A stretch of 64,000 bases of DNA from Verrucomicrobiaceae bacterium (GCA_024232965.1 JACKQF010000005.1:249632-313631); one strand, 5' to 3'; positions 18,548-28,064 are shown, numbered from the stretch's first letter. Translations and numbers: made by a program. Notes: generated from the letters alone by a model not told the origin.

Positions 18548-19441
18548 ATGAACGCCTCCGATCTCAACACGCAGCTTTCCGGCCCACGGCCACCACTCTT
18601 GGTTCACGTCAATACCGAGGAACACTTTGCCGCACGCCGAATCAGCGGGGCCAAGAACGTCTGCGTGTATGAGACAGCCTTTCTCGACAACCTGCAAAAG
18701 CTAGAACCGGAGAAGACCGTAGCCATCATCGTCTATGGCGAAGGTGCCCCGTCGCTGGATTCAGAAGAAGCTGCACACCGATTGATCACCGCTGGCTACA
18801 CCAACGTCACCGATTTCCGAGGTGGCCTCCGCGAGTGGGAACAGGCCGGACTGCCAATCCTCAGCGACACCGAACTACCCCAAACTCCCGTCATTACCGG
18901 ACAGTTCAAAGCAGACACCCAGGGTAGTCTGATCCGCTGGACCGGTCGCAATTTGTTCAACCACCACAGCGGCAGCCTCAAGCTCGCCGCCGGGCACCTC
19001 ACAATTGAAAAGGGGGCCCTCAAAACGGCCTCTTTCATTTTGGATATGAACAGCATCACCTGTGAGGACCTCACCGACTCAGGGTACAACGCCATGCTCA
19101 TCCACCACCTGCGGACCACCGATTTCTTCGATGTGGACCAGTACCCCACGGCAACCTTTGAGGCCACCCGAGCCGACGCAATTGAGGGCAGCACCGACGG
19201 CACCCCTAACTACCAAATTACTGGCGGCTTCAGCCTGCGCGGCATCACTCACGAGATCACTTTCCCAGCCGTCGTGGCGATCGGCGATGCCAAGCACATC
19301 ACTGCCCAGGCTCAAATTGAAATTGACCGCACCCGATGGGGGAGCCGTTATGGTTCAGGTAAATTCTTCGCCTTCCTTGGCAAACACGTCGTCAACGACC
19401 ACATCCAACTGCACCTCAAAATCCACGCGGAACGCGGTTGA
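18548..19441 (+). CDS. Rhodanese-like domain (no catalytic Cys) fused to a YceI-like domain
   Basis: The N-terminal ~100 aa have the rhodanese fold pattern (LLVHVNTEEHFAARRISGAKNV...IIVYGEGAPS...GGLREWEQAGLP) but no active-site cysteine. The C-terminal ~180 aa are YceI-like (FDVDQYPTATFEATRA...ITGGFSLRGITHEITFPA). Confidence 0.55.
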   Translation: MNASDLNTQLSGPRPPLLVHVNTEEHFAARRISGAKNVCVYETAFLDNLQKLEPEKTVAIIVYGEGAPSLDSEEAAHRLITAGYTNVTDFRGGLREWEQAGLPILSDTELPQTPVITGQFKADTQGSLIRWTGRNLFNHHSGSLKLAAGHLTIEKGALKTASFILDMNSITCEDLTDSGYNAMLIHHLRTTDFFDVDQYPTATFEATRADAIEGSTDGTPNYQITGGFSLRGITHEITFPAVVAIGDAKHITAQAQIEIDRTRWGSRYGSGKFFAFLGKHVVNDHIQLHLKIHAERG

Positions 19442-19628
19442 ACGATCACCCGGCGCCTCTTTCTTCTGCCATCCAGCGACGTAATTCCGCGAAAAGATCG
19501 GATTTCCTGTGCGCGAAACATTGACACTCTGCGCCCAATCGCTGTAGTCTCGGGCTTCCCGACTCGAAAAATCCCCGTTCATCCTCCCGAAACCCGCCTC
19601 GGCACGGCCTGGCAGCCTTTCCCTCTCC

Positions 19629-21296
19629 ATGTTTTCCCCAAAAACCGAAGAACTCCTCCTCGAACAACTCCAGGAATCCGGACTCATCACAGAACGCGAC
19701 GTCGCGCATGCCCGAGGAGCCCAAAAAGGGGACGAATCCCTTCTCGAAACCCTGACCAAGACCGGCGTCATTAACGACGAACAAATTGCCCAGACCGTAG
19801 CGGTGAATTCTGGGATGGAATACGTCGATCTCCACGGCTACACAGCCCACCAGGGTCTGAAAGACCTCGTCCCGCTGGAAGTTGCCATGCGCTACAAAGT
19901 CGCCCCACTGGGCGCGGATGGTCCCACTCTGCAACTGGTGGTTTCGGATCCCTACGACTTTGAGACACTGGATGCGCTTCCCCATATTTTACAGCCAGAC
20001 ATCGAGTTCTTCTGCTCCACGCCGAGCTTGATCAAGACCCTCATGGCCAATATTTACGGCAATGAAGCGGTCATGGGCTCTGGCAGCTTCAAAACCGCTG
20101 GCGACAGCGACTCCGGCGATGGCGATGCCCCGGTGATCCGATTGGTCACAAACCTGTTGATGGAGGCCTTCAAAAATCGCGCCTCTGATATTCATATCGA
20201 GCCACTGGAAAAAGACGTCCGCATCCGCTACCGCATCGACGGCGTTCTGCACGACGTTGAGCACCATCCAAAACGCCTTCTGGCCGCCATTATCAGCCGT
20301 ATCAAGATCATGACCGGCACGATGAGCATTGATGAAAAGCGCGTGCCACAGGACGGTCGTATCACCATGTCCTTCAACGACAAGGAACTGGACATGCGCG
20401 TCTCCATCGTCCCCACCAACAATGGTGAGTCGGTCGTCATGCGCGTGCTCGATAAGAGCAGCCTCCGGTTGGGGCTCTCCGACCTGGGCTTCCTCAGCGA
20501 TGACCAATCCCGCTTCGAGCGCCTGCTGACACTGCCAGACGGCATCATTTTGGTCACCGGACCGACAGGTTCCGGCAAAACGACAACCCTTTACGCCTGC
20601 CTCAATTTCATCAACCGTCCCGACCGCAAAATCATCACGGTCGAAGATCCGGTGGAATACGAGCTCGCCGGAATCAACCAGGTGATGGTGAAGGAAGACA
20701 TCGGCATGACCTTTGCCGCCGCGCTCCGCGCCATGCTGCGCCAAGCACCGAACATCATCATGATCGGGGAAATTCGTGATATGGAGACGGCGGGCATCGC
20801 CATCCAGGCATCACTGACAGGTCACTTGGTCTTCAGTACGCTGCACACCAACGATGCCCCCAGCGCCGTCGCCCGTCTCACCGACATTGGGATCAAGCCC
20901 TTCCTCATCGCCTCCGCCGTCCGCGCCATCATGGCCCAGCGATTGGTCCGTAAGCTCTGCGGTGACTGCAAAGCTCCCAGCACCCTGACAGACCGCGAGC
21001 TGCGATCTCTAGGACTAGAGGCATCCCAGATGCTCGGTGCCCACATCATGGGACCACAGGGCTGTAACAAGTGCCGCCAATTCGGGTTCCGAGGTCGTAT
21101 GTGCATCCTTGAAATCTTCGAAATCGACGACGAAGTCCGCAGCATGGTGAACGAAAACCTGACCACACCGCAGCTCCGCCGGCGCGCACGCCAGCTAGGG
21201 ATGCGCACTCTACGCGAAGACGGCATCCGCAAAGTTCTCGCCGGTCTGACCACCGCTGACGAAGTTATCGAGGCCACCATGTCAGACGCAGACTGA
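19629..21296 (+). CDS. gspE: Type II secretion / type IV pilus assembly ATPase, GspE/PilB family (copy 1)
   Basis: 555 aa. N-terminal T2SSE_N-like domains. Walker A GPTGSGKTTTLYA. Asp box, His box (LTGHLVFSTLHTNDA). Tetracysteine CGDC...CNKC. Confidence 0.85.
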   Translation: MFSPKTEELLLEQLQESGLITERDVAHARGAQKGDESLLETLTKTGVINDEQIAQTVAVNSGMEYVDLHGYTAHQGLKDLVPLEVAMRYKVAPLGADGPTLQLVVSDPYDFETLDALPHILQPDIEFFCSTPSLIKTLMANIYGNEAVMGSGSFKTAGDSDSGDGDAPVIRLVTNLLMEAFKNRASDIHIEPLEKDVRIRYRIDGVLHDVEHHPKRLLAAIISRIKIMTGTMSIDEKRVPQDGRITMSFNDKELDMRVSIVPTNNGESVVMRVLDKSSLRLGLSDLGFLSDDQSRFERLLTLPDGIILVTGPTGSGKTTTLYACLNFINRPDRKIITVEDPVEYELAGINQVMVKEDIGMTFAAALRAMLRQAPNIIMIGEIRDMETAGIAIQASLTGHLVFSTLHTNDAPSAVARLTDIGIKPFLIASAVRAIMAQRLVRKLCGDCKAPSTLTDRELRSLGLEASQMLGAHIMGPQGCNKCRQFGFRGRMCILEIFEIDDEVRSMVNENLTTPQLRRRARQLGMRTLREDGIRKVLAGLTTADEVIEATMSDAD

Positions 21297-21359
21297 TCCA
21301 GCGCCCACACTCCCCTTTTCTAACCTTTTCTCAACAGCGCACCCCCTCTCCCTATTGCC

Positions 21360-23018
21360 ATGACAGCTCAAAACGTGGTGGACATGCTCGAAGCTCGCGG
21401 AGTCATCGACAGCGGCCAAGCCTACGACATCGTGCAAGACAACCTCCGCTCCGGCAGAGACGTCCTCCAAATCATTCTGGATTTTGAAATCTTCCAAAAC
21501 GAGGACGAATTCTGGGCCGCCGTAGCAGACGAACTGGGTTGCCAGCACTTCGACCTCTCTACCTTTGAGCCACCCGCTTCCGTCGTCAATCTGATCCCCG
21601 CTGGCATGGGCAGACTCTACGGTGCCTTCCCAATCACCCTGGACGGACAGGGGCTGCACGTCGCCTTCACCGATCCGCTAAACCCGCAGATTGCAGAAGA
21701 TTTGCGTTTCGGTCTGGACAAAGCCATCGTACCAGTCGTCGCACGCAGCAGCCAAGTACAGGCGCTAATCGACAAACACTACGGCACAGGGATGCCGAGT
21801 GTGGAGGAGATCTTTGGTCAGCTAGCCCTTCAGAAACCTGACAATCCAGAGGCAGAGGCAAATTCTGCTCCCATCGTGAAGTTTGTCGATCTGGTTCTCG
21901 CCCAGGCCATCAAAGAAAAGGCTTCCGACATTCACTTCGAACCCTTCGAAAAAGAGTTCAAGATCCGCTATCGTGTCGATGGTGCTCTCTACGAGATGGC
22001 CCCACCACCCATCCACTTGGCCACCTCCGTCATCTCTCGCGTGAAGGTCATGGCCAACATGAACATCGCAGAACGCCGCATCCCACAGGACGGCCGAATC
22101 ATGACCGTGGTGAATGGCAAACCGGTGGACATGCGCGTCAATTCCCTGCCAACCCAGCATGGCGAATCCGTGGTGCTACGTGTGCTTGACCGATCCTCAG
22201 TCAATTTGGACCTCGAGAATCTGGGAATGCCAGGCTTCCTCTTCGATTATATCGTCGAGACGATTCATAAACCCAATGGCATCTTCATCGTCACTGGCCC
22301 CACTGGTGCCGGCAAGACCACCACCCTCTACGCTGCACTCCGACGCATCAATACCATCGATGCCAAGCTCCTCACAGCCGAAGACCCCGTCGAATACGAA
22401 TTGGACGGGGTCATGCAGGTGCCAGTGAATGAGGCAGTCGGCCTGACCTTTGCTAGAGCGCTGCGCGCCTTCCTTCGCCAAGATCCAGACCGCATCATGG
22501 TGGGAGAAATGCGTGACCTTGAGACCGCGCAAATCGCGATCCAGGCCTCACTTACAGGACACTTGGTGCTCAGCACCCTCCACACCAATGATTCCTCTGG
22601 GGCAGTCACGCGTCTTGTAGACATGGGCGTTGAACCATTCCTTGTAGCCGCAACCCTTGAAGGGGTTCTGGCACAACGTTTGCTCCGCACCATTTGCAAA
22701 ACCTGCAAAGCCCCGTATGACCCCAGCCTATCCGTCCTGAACCAGCTTGGCCTCTCCCAGTCGGACCTTGGAGGCAAGCAGTTCTACACGGGCTCCGGCT
22801 GTTCCTCTTGTGCAAACTCAGGCTATAAAGGACGCAAGGGGCTGTACGAACTCCTCAACGTCACCGATCCCATTCGCGATCTGATCACTGAAAAAGCACC
22901 AACTCTCGTTCTCAAACAAAAGGCCATTGAACTGGGAATGGTCACCCTCCGTGACGACGGCCTCCGCAACATCTATGATGGCGAAACCACCGTCGAAGAA
23001 GTTCTCAAATACACCTGA
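21360..23018 (+). CDS. gspE: Type II secretion / type IV pilus assembly ATPase, GspE/PilB family (copy 2, tandem paralog)
   Basis: 552 aa. GPTGAGKTTTLYA. LTGHLVLSTLHTNDS. CKTC...CSSC. N-terminal GspE_N-like domains. Confidence 0.85.
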   Translation: MTAQNVVDMLEARGVIDSGQAYDIVQDNLRSGRDVLQIILDFEIFQNEDEFWAAVADELGCQHFDLSTFEPPASVVNLIPAGMGRLYGAFPITLDGQGLHVAFTDPLNPQIAEDLRFGLDKAIVPVVARSSQVQALIDKHYGTGMPSVEEIFGQLALQKPDNPEAEANSAPIVKFVDLVLAQAIKEKASDIHFEPFEKEFKIRYRVDGALYEMAPPPIHLATSVISRVKVMANMNIAERRIPQDGRIMTVVNGKPVDMRVNSLPTQHGESVVLRVLDRSSVNLDLENLGMPGFLFDYIVETIHKPNGIFIVTGPTGAGKTTTLYAALRRINTIDAKLLTAEDPVEYELDGVMQVPVNEAVGLTFARALRAFLRQDPDRIMVGEMRDLETAQIAIQASLTGHLVLSTLHTNDSSGAVTRLVDMGVEPFLVAATLEGVLAQRLLRTICKTCKAPYDPSLSVLNQLGLSQSDLGGKQFYTGSGCSSCANSGYKGRKGLYELLNVTDPIRDLITEKAPTLVLKQKAIELGMVTLRDDGLRNIYDGETTVEEVLKYT

Positions 23019-23140
23019 ATTTGTGAACTATGTGTTAGAAAACAAATAAGTGATGGACATTCCCGCCCATCTCCCAGTATTCTCGACCCACTAAGTGCTG
23101 ATATTTTCCTCTTTTCACTCATAATCGACAGCAGTCTCTT

Positions 23141-24424
23141 ATGCCCAATTTCCACTACATCGCCCTGGACCAGAACGGACAAGAAATCGCAGGCGTCATT
23201 GACGCAGTCAGCGATGCCGAGGCCATCAACGCCCTGCGCTCCCAGCAACTCTACCCCACCCAGGTCGTCCAAGAAGGCAAGGGCGACACTGCCAGCATCA
23301 AGAAGCGCGCCCGCACGACTACGGCAAAGGCCAAAGGTAAGGCAGCAGTCAAAGCCACTGCTACTGCGAAGGTCAAGGGCAAGACGCTGATGATCTTCAC
23401 ACGCCAGTTGGCAACCTTGATCGATTCCGGACTCCCTCTGCTGCGTGGACTCACCGTTCTCGGTCGTCAGGAGCCACTTCCGGTGATGAAAAGCACCATC
23501 AACACCCTGGCAGACGCCGTCCAGACCGGATCCACTTTCTCCGAGAGTCTCCAGCAATACCCTCGTATCTTCAACAAGCTCTACGTGAACATGGTCAAGG
23601 CTGGTGAGTTGGGCGGTGTGCTCGAAATTGTCCTCAACCGTCTCGCAGAGTACCAGGAAAAGGCGCAAAAGCTGAAGAACAAGGTCGTCGCCGCGATGGT
23701 TTACCCAATCATCGTCATGTTCATCGCCGTCGCGATCATGATCTTTCTCATGCTCGTCATCGTGCCGAAATTTGAAGGCATTTTCAAAGACATGCTTCAG
23801 GGTAAGCCGCTCCCTTGGCTGACTCAGGTCGTCATCGGCATGTCACGTTGGATCGGCGCCAACTTCGTTTACCTCGCCATTGGTGCCTTCGGCATCGTCG
23901 TTGCATGGAAGATTTTTTCCTCCACCAAGGGCGGGCGTGTCGTCATTGATAAAGCTAAGCTACGGATGCCCATCTTTGGCGATGTCCAGCGCAAAACCGC
24001 CATCTCACGATTCACCCGAACGCTTGGCACCCTCGTGACCTCCGGTGTTCCGATTCTTCAAGCACTGAACATCACCCGCGAAACTGCTGGCAACGTTGTC
24101 GTCTCCGACGCCATCAATAAGGTGCACGATGCAGTGAAAGAGGGTGAGTCAATGGTCGCTCCACTCGATGGCAGCGGCGTCTTCCCTCCGATGGTTATCT
24201 CCATGGTGGACGTCGGCGAGGAAACGGGCCAACTACCTGAAATGCTTCTGAAAATCGCAGACGTTTACGAAGACGAAGTGGACAACTCCGTGTCCGCCCT
24301 CACCTCCCTCCTTGAACCATTGATGATCGTCTTCCTAGCCGTCGTCGTTGGTGTCATCGTTATGGCGCTCTTCCTGCCTCTGATCTCCATCATCCAGAAC
24401 CTCAGTTCCGGCTCCGGCGGCTAG
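23141..24424 (+). CDS. gspF: Platform protein GspF/PilC family, with an N-terminal lysine/alanine-rich insertion
   Basis: 427 aa. Two GspF repeats (GLPLLRGLTVL... and GVPILQALNIT...). Three TM segments. K/A-rich insert KKRARTTTAKAKGKAAVKATATAKVKGK at about residues 52-80. Confidence 0.85.
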   Translation: MPNFHYIALDQNGQEIAGVIDAVSDAEAINALRSQQLYPTQVVQEGKGDTASIKKRARTTTAKAKGKAAVKATATAKVKGKTLMIFTRQLATLIDSGLPLLRGLTVLGRQEPLPVMKSTINTLADAVQTGSTFSESLQQYPRIFNKLYVNMVKAGELGGVLEIVLNRLAEYQEKAQKLKNKVVAAMVYPIIVMFIAVAIMIFLMLVIVPKFEGIFKDMLQGKPLPWLTQVVIGMSRWIGANFVYLAIGAFGIVVAWKIFSSTKGGRVVIDKAKLRMPIFGDVQRKTAISRFTRTLGTLVTSGVPILQALNITRETAGNVVVSDAINKVHDAVKEGESMVAPLDGSGVFPPMVISMVDVGEETGQLPEMLLKIADVYEDEVDNSVSALTSLLEPLMIVFLAVVVGVIVMALFLPLISIIQNLSSGSGG

Positions 24425-24450
24425 AATTCTGGTGAACAACTGCCGCAACC

Positions 24451-25104
24451 TTGATGTCCATTCATCGTATGCAAAACACGACCTCCAAAGGCCTCAGACT
24501 CGCACGCAGAGGATTCACTCTGATTGAACTTCTCGTCGTCATTGCCATCATCGCCCTGCTGTCGTCGCTAACTATCGGTGCTTTCTCGTACGCTACCAAA
24601 GCGGCCGCGAGAAATCGCACCGAGGCGACCTTTGCAGCCATCAAACTTGGACTCACCTCTTACTTCTCCGAGTACAAGGAGTATCCAGAACCAGCCCAAC
24701 CGGATCAAACTATATCCATAGGATCAAAGCGTTACACAAGCGGTGGGGCCGCAATGCTCTATCAAGCCATGAGTGGTGATGGCAATAATGCCATCCTCAT
24801 CGGTGCCGGCGAAAGTGGCGAAAGTTCAAATGGCCAATTCACCAAAGAAGAGGCAGCCCGCACCATGATGCGAGACATGCCACCAACCACTTGGAAAAAG
24901 ATTGAGAACACCTACGTGATGGTAGATGGCTTCAACCACCCCTTCCAATATACCCACGGCGGCAATGGGACCAATGACGATGCGGTCAATCCTAGCTCCT
25001 ATGACCTATGGTCTTACGGCGAGGATGAGCAAAACATCAATCAATCCAGTCACGCTGCTAAAATTGATCCCAAAACGAGCGCCAAGTGGATCAAGAACTG
25101 GTGA
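24451..25104 (+). CDS. Pseudopilin / type IV pilin-like protein with a prepilin N-terminal cleavage/methylation domain
   Basis: RRGFTLIELLVVIAIIALLSS matches the G|FTLIE prepilin signature. Small secreted protein. Confidence 0.75.
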   Translation: MMSIHRMQNTTSKGLRLARRGFTLIELLVVIAIIALLSSLTIGAFSYATKAAARNRTEATFAAIKLGLTSYFSEYKEYPEPAQPDQTISIGSKRYTSGGAAMLYQAMSGDGNNAILIGAGESGESSNGQFTKEEAARTMMRDMPPTTWKKIENTYVMVDGFNHPFQYTHGGNGTNDDAVNPSSYDLWSYGEDEQNINQSSHAAKIDPKTSAKWIKNW

Positions 25105-25172
25105 AGATAAGACGTGCCCTCTGAAAATTCCGTTGAGTAGACGGGGAGATTGTTCCACACTTCTCTGTCTCG

Positions 25173-26306
25173 ATGCTTGATCGTGCCATCTCTCTCATCC
25201 GCCACCAACGCACCAAGGCGTTCTTGTGGGCAGGAGTTTGTGCGCTGGCACCTTTCCCAAGTTTAGCCGGAGACCCAGTTCTCAGTGATAACTTGGAGGT
25301 CGTCTATCAACTATCCCTCCCACCCTCTGCGATTGCCTGCGCGCCTGATGGCTCGTGGGTCATGGGAGTAAATCCGTCTGAAAAGCCGCGCAACCGCGCC
25401 GTCAAAGTTACCCGCAGCGGCACCGTCATCCCCTTTCCAACCCCCAGCATGAGCGAGGCTATGCCAGGGGAATCCCTGCCACTCGACTCAATCAGCGGCC
25501 TCCAAAGCGATGCAGAAGGGGTCGTCTGGATGGTGGACAACGGCAGGCGCACAGAGACTTCACCAAAAATCATTGCCTGGAACGAAGATAAGCAGCGGCT
25601 CCATTCCGTCTTCAATCTGGCCCCTCCCGCAGTCAGTCCGACATCATTCGTGTCGGACATTGCGGTCGATCCCAATTCCCCCCTCGCTTTCTTGGCGGAT
25701 CCCGCGAGCGGGACCGACGCCGCCATCATTGTTCTGGATCGTGCCACGGGTCTTGCCAGACGCCTTCTTCAGGGCGAAGCCAGCGTCCAGCCTGACACCA
25801 CTATTCCGATTCCCTCAGGCAGCGGCACCTCGGAAACCCGCCGCCTAGACGGTCAGACCGTCATGCCCCAGTGCGGTATCAATGCCCTCTGCCTCGATAA
25901 AAAGAGCGAGTGGCTTTACTTCTGCGCTCGTCAGGCCAATCACATTTACCGCATCCGCACCAGCGTCCTCGGGGATTTGAAGGCAAGCGCTGCGGATGTC
26001 GCCAAGGCGGTAGAGACCTGGGCCTCAAAGCCCTTTTCCTCAAGCATGGCCATCGACACCAAGGGCAACCTCTTCTTAACCGACATCGCGAACCGAGCCA
26101 TCGTCGTCGTCGAACCCGCCCGCCGCAACTTTGTCCCCCTACTCAGCGACCCAAGATTGCTGAACCCTGACGGTCTCTCCTTTGGGAAAGACGGAAAGCT
26201 CTATTTCTTTTCCCCCACTCAATCTCGCAGCCTCCCGCAACCCATGCCGGACGCCTTTTGCCTCTTCCGCGTGCCTGACCTCACCATCCATCGGTCGGGC
26301 GAATAA
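25173..26306 (+). CDS. Secreted hypothetical protein, probable beta-propeller (SMP-30/gluconolactonase/yellow-MRJP-like repeats)
   Basis: Signal peptide. Repeated 'xDIAVDPNS' / 'LFLTDIANRAIVVVEP' / 'LYFFSPT' beta-strand motifs. Family assignment uncertain. Confidence 0.35.
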   Translation: MLDRAISLIRHQRTKAFLWAGVCALAPFPSLAGDPVLSDNLEVVYQLSLPPSAIACAPDGSWVMGVNPSEKPRNRAVKVTRSGTVIPFPTPSMSEAMPGESLPLDSISGLQSDAEGVVWMVDNGRRTETSPKIIAWNEDKQRLHSVFNLAPPAVSPTSFVSDIAVDPNSPLAFLADPASGTDAAIIVLDRATGLARRLLQGEASVQPDTTIPIPSGSGTSETRRLDGQTVMPQCGINALCLDKKSEWLYFCARQANHIYRIRTSVLGDLKASAADVAKAVETWASKPFSSSMAIDTKGNLFLTDIANRAIVVVEPARRNFVPLLSDPRLLNPDGLSFGKDGKLYFFSPTQSRSLPQPMPDAFCLFRVPDLTIHRSGE

Positions 26307-26378
26307 AACTTTCCCATTTTTCCCCTTGAGAATTCCCCGCTGTGGAGGATTATCACGGCCCCTGGTTTTCCAAGATTT

Positions 26379-26463
26379 GCTCGCGTGGCGGAATTGGTAG
26401 ACGCGCTAGATTCAGGTTCTAGTGAGTAACATCGTGGAGGTTCGAGTCCTCTCGCGAGCACCA
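26379..26463 (+). tRNA. tRNA-Leu (anticodon CAG), type II with a long variable arm
   Basis: Cloverleaf read by hand. Acceptor GCTCGCG/CGCGAGC. D-arm GGAATTGGTAGAC. Anticodon stem CTAGA/TCTAG with loop TTCAGGT. Long variable arm. T-arm GGAGGTTCGAGTCCTCT. Encoded CCA. Confidence 0.85.
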
Positions 26464-26505
26464 TCAACTGATGGACGGAGAACAGGTCGTGATATCGATT
26501 ACTGC

Positions 26506-27180
26506 ATGCAGGACGCCCGATTTGTTCGCAACGCCTTTGCAGGCATCGCCAAACGTTACGTATTGGCCAATCACGTTCTCAGCCTCGGCATCGATGTCCT
26601 GTGGCGTAAAACCACTGCACGACTCGCCGCTGAGCGTCACCCACAACTGATTGTCGACCTCGCTACCGGCAGCGGCGATCTCGCCCAAAGCCTCCAGGCG
26701 GCGAATCCACAAGCTCGCATCCTCGGTGGCGACTTTTCCGTTCCCATGATGCGGGAAGCCCAAGTTCGCGGCTTCCCCCAACTCATCGCGGCAGATGCGA
26801 TGCAGCTGCCCATCATCGATGCCGCAGCGGACCTCGTCACCGTTGCCTTTGGACTACGCAACATGGCCTCCTGGCCCTCCGCCTTGCAGGAAATGAGCCG
26901 CATCCTCAAACCCGGTGGGCAACTGATGGTCCTAGATTTTTCCATCCCACGCTTCCCAGGCATTCGACAGGCCTATCTCTTCTACTTGAAGCAAATCATG
27001 CCGCGCATCGCAGGTGCCATCACTGGTCAACGCGAGGCCTATGAATATCTCTGCGGCTCCATCGAACGCTTTCCGTCAGGGTCCGCCATGCTTGACCTCA
27101 TTCAGGCCAACGGCTTCCGCTCTGCAACCTGCCGACCGCTGACCTTTGGCATCGCCTCCCTCTACATTGCGGAGAAGTGA
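26506..27180 (+). CDS. ubiE: Ubiquinone/menaquinone biosynthesis C-methyltransferase UbiE/MenG
   Basis: FAGIAKRYVLANHVLSLGIDVLWR...VDLATGSGDLA (SAM motif I)...LKPGGQLMVLDFS. The long ORF from 26422 overlaps the tRNA, so the internal Met at 26506 was chosen. Confidence 0.8.
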   Translation: MQDARFVRNAFAGIAKRYVLANHVLSLGIDVLWRKTTARLAAERHPQLIVDLATGSGDLAQSLQAANPQARILGGDFSVPMMREAQVRGFPQLIAADAMQLPIIDAAADLVTVAFGLRNMASWPSALQEMSRILKPGGQLMVLDFSIPRFPGIRQAYLFYLKQIMPRIAGAITGQREAYEYLCGSIERFPSGSAMLDLIQANGFRSATCRPLTFGIASLYIAEK

Positions 27181-27198
27181 TCATTGCCGCGATTTGTT

Positions 27199-27273
27199 TG
27201 GTGGCAGAGGGGAGAATCGAACTCCCGACCAAGGGCTTATGAGTCCCCTGCTCTACCGCTGAGCTACCCTGCC
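27199..27273 (-). tRNA. tRNA with CAT anticodon (Met, or Ile2-like lysidine tRNA)
   Basis: Reverse complement GGCAGGGTAGCTCAGCGGTAGAGCAGGGGACTCATAAGCCCTTGGTCGGGAGTTCGATTCTCCCCTCTGCCACCA. Anticodon loop CTCATAA. Strongly resembles the E. coli tRNA-Ile2 anticodon arm (GGCGACTCATAATCGCT). Confidence 0.75.
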
Positions 27274-27336
27274 GAACAAATCACCATCTCTCGAAGAAGA
27301 AATGGGGCCGCAATAGTAGGTCACACAAGTCGCCTG

Positions 27337-28014
27337 TCAAGCCGCAGCCGAATCAATGTTTGAAATCTCTGCCAGACTGACCTCAGCAAGCGAAGCAACC
27401 CGCCGCCATGCCCCAGCAAAGTCCAGGTGGTGAGTCAATGGCCCCGGGCAGACAATGCAACGCATTCCACCTGCCATCGCCGCCCGCAAACCGTTCAGCG
27501 AATCTTCAAACACCAGCACCTGTGCCGGATCAACGCCGAGCTTTGCAGCAGCGTGCAAAAAGAGGCTAGGGTCGGGCTTCACCTTCCCCGTGTCGTCCAC
27601 TGTGGTCAGGTGATGAAAATAGGGGCGTAGCTGCAAACGATCCATCCACATTCCCACCCAGGACAAAGGACTGCTCGAAGCTACCGCACAGGGAATCCCC
27701 AATGCACGCGCCTCCTCCAGTCGATCCATCACACCTGGCAGCAAGTGCATGCCCTCATGGATCTCCGCCTCACGGGCACGGCGCAGAATCTCCACCTCCT
27801 CCCAATCAAAGGAGATCCCAGTGCGCTCCTCCAGGTCCCTACGCGGATCGTAGGCCTGATTGAAGTCCGTCCCCACCACCTGCGCATAGACCTCGATCGG
27901 CAGCACGTGTCCATGCTCAGCAAACAGCTCCCGCCACGTCTCATACCCGACACTCTCCGTGTCCACAATCAGCCCATCAAAATCAAAAAGCACCGCTCGT
28001 ATCGGTTCGTCCAT
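27337..28014 (-). CDS. HAD-superfamily hydrolase, subfamily IA (beta-phosphoglucomutase / phosphatase-like)
   Basis: AVLFDFDGLIVDTE motif I. Motif III/IV K...(ED)DS: VFEDSLNGLRAAMAAGM. Confidence 0.8.
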   Translation of the reverse strand: MDEPIRAVLFDFDGLIVDTESVGYETWRELFAEHGHVLPIEVYAQVVGTDFNQAYDPRRDLEERTGISFDWEEVEILRRAREAEIHEGMHLLPGVMDRLEEARALGIPCAVASSSPLSWVGMWMDRLQLRPYFHHLTTVDDTGKVKPDPSLFLHAAAKLGVDPAQVLVFEDSLNGLRAAMAGGMRCIVCPGPLTHHLDFAGAWRRVASLAEVSLAEISNIDSAAA

Positions 28015-28064
28015 TCCGTCTCATCGCAGATTCGACCACGCGGATCAACCCAATTTAATGCAGA

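Noticed and set aside
26422-26505. 5' extension of the ubiE ORF that overlaps tRNA-Leu
   Set aside because: The extension would be translated through the tRNA gene body. The UbiE homology begins at the internal Met (26506).
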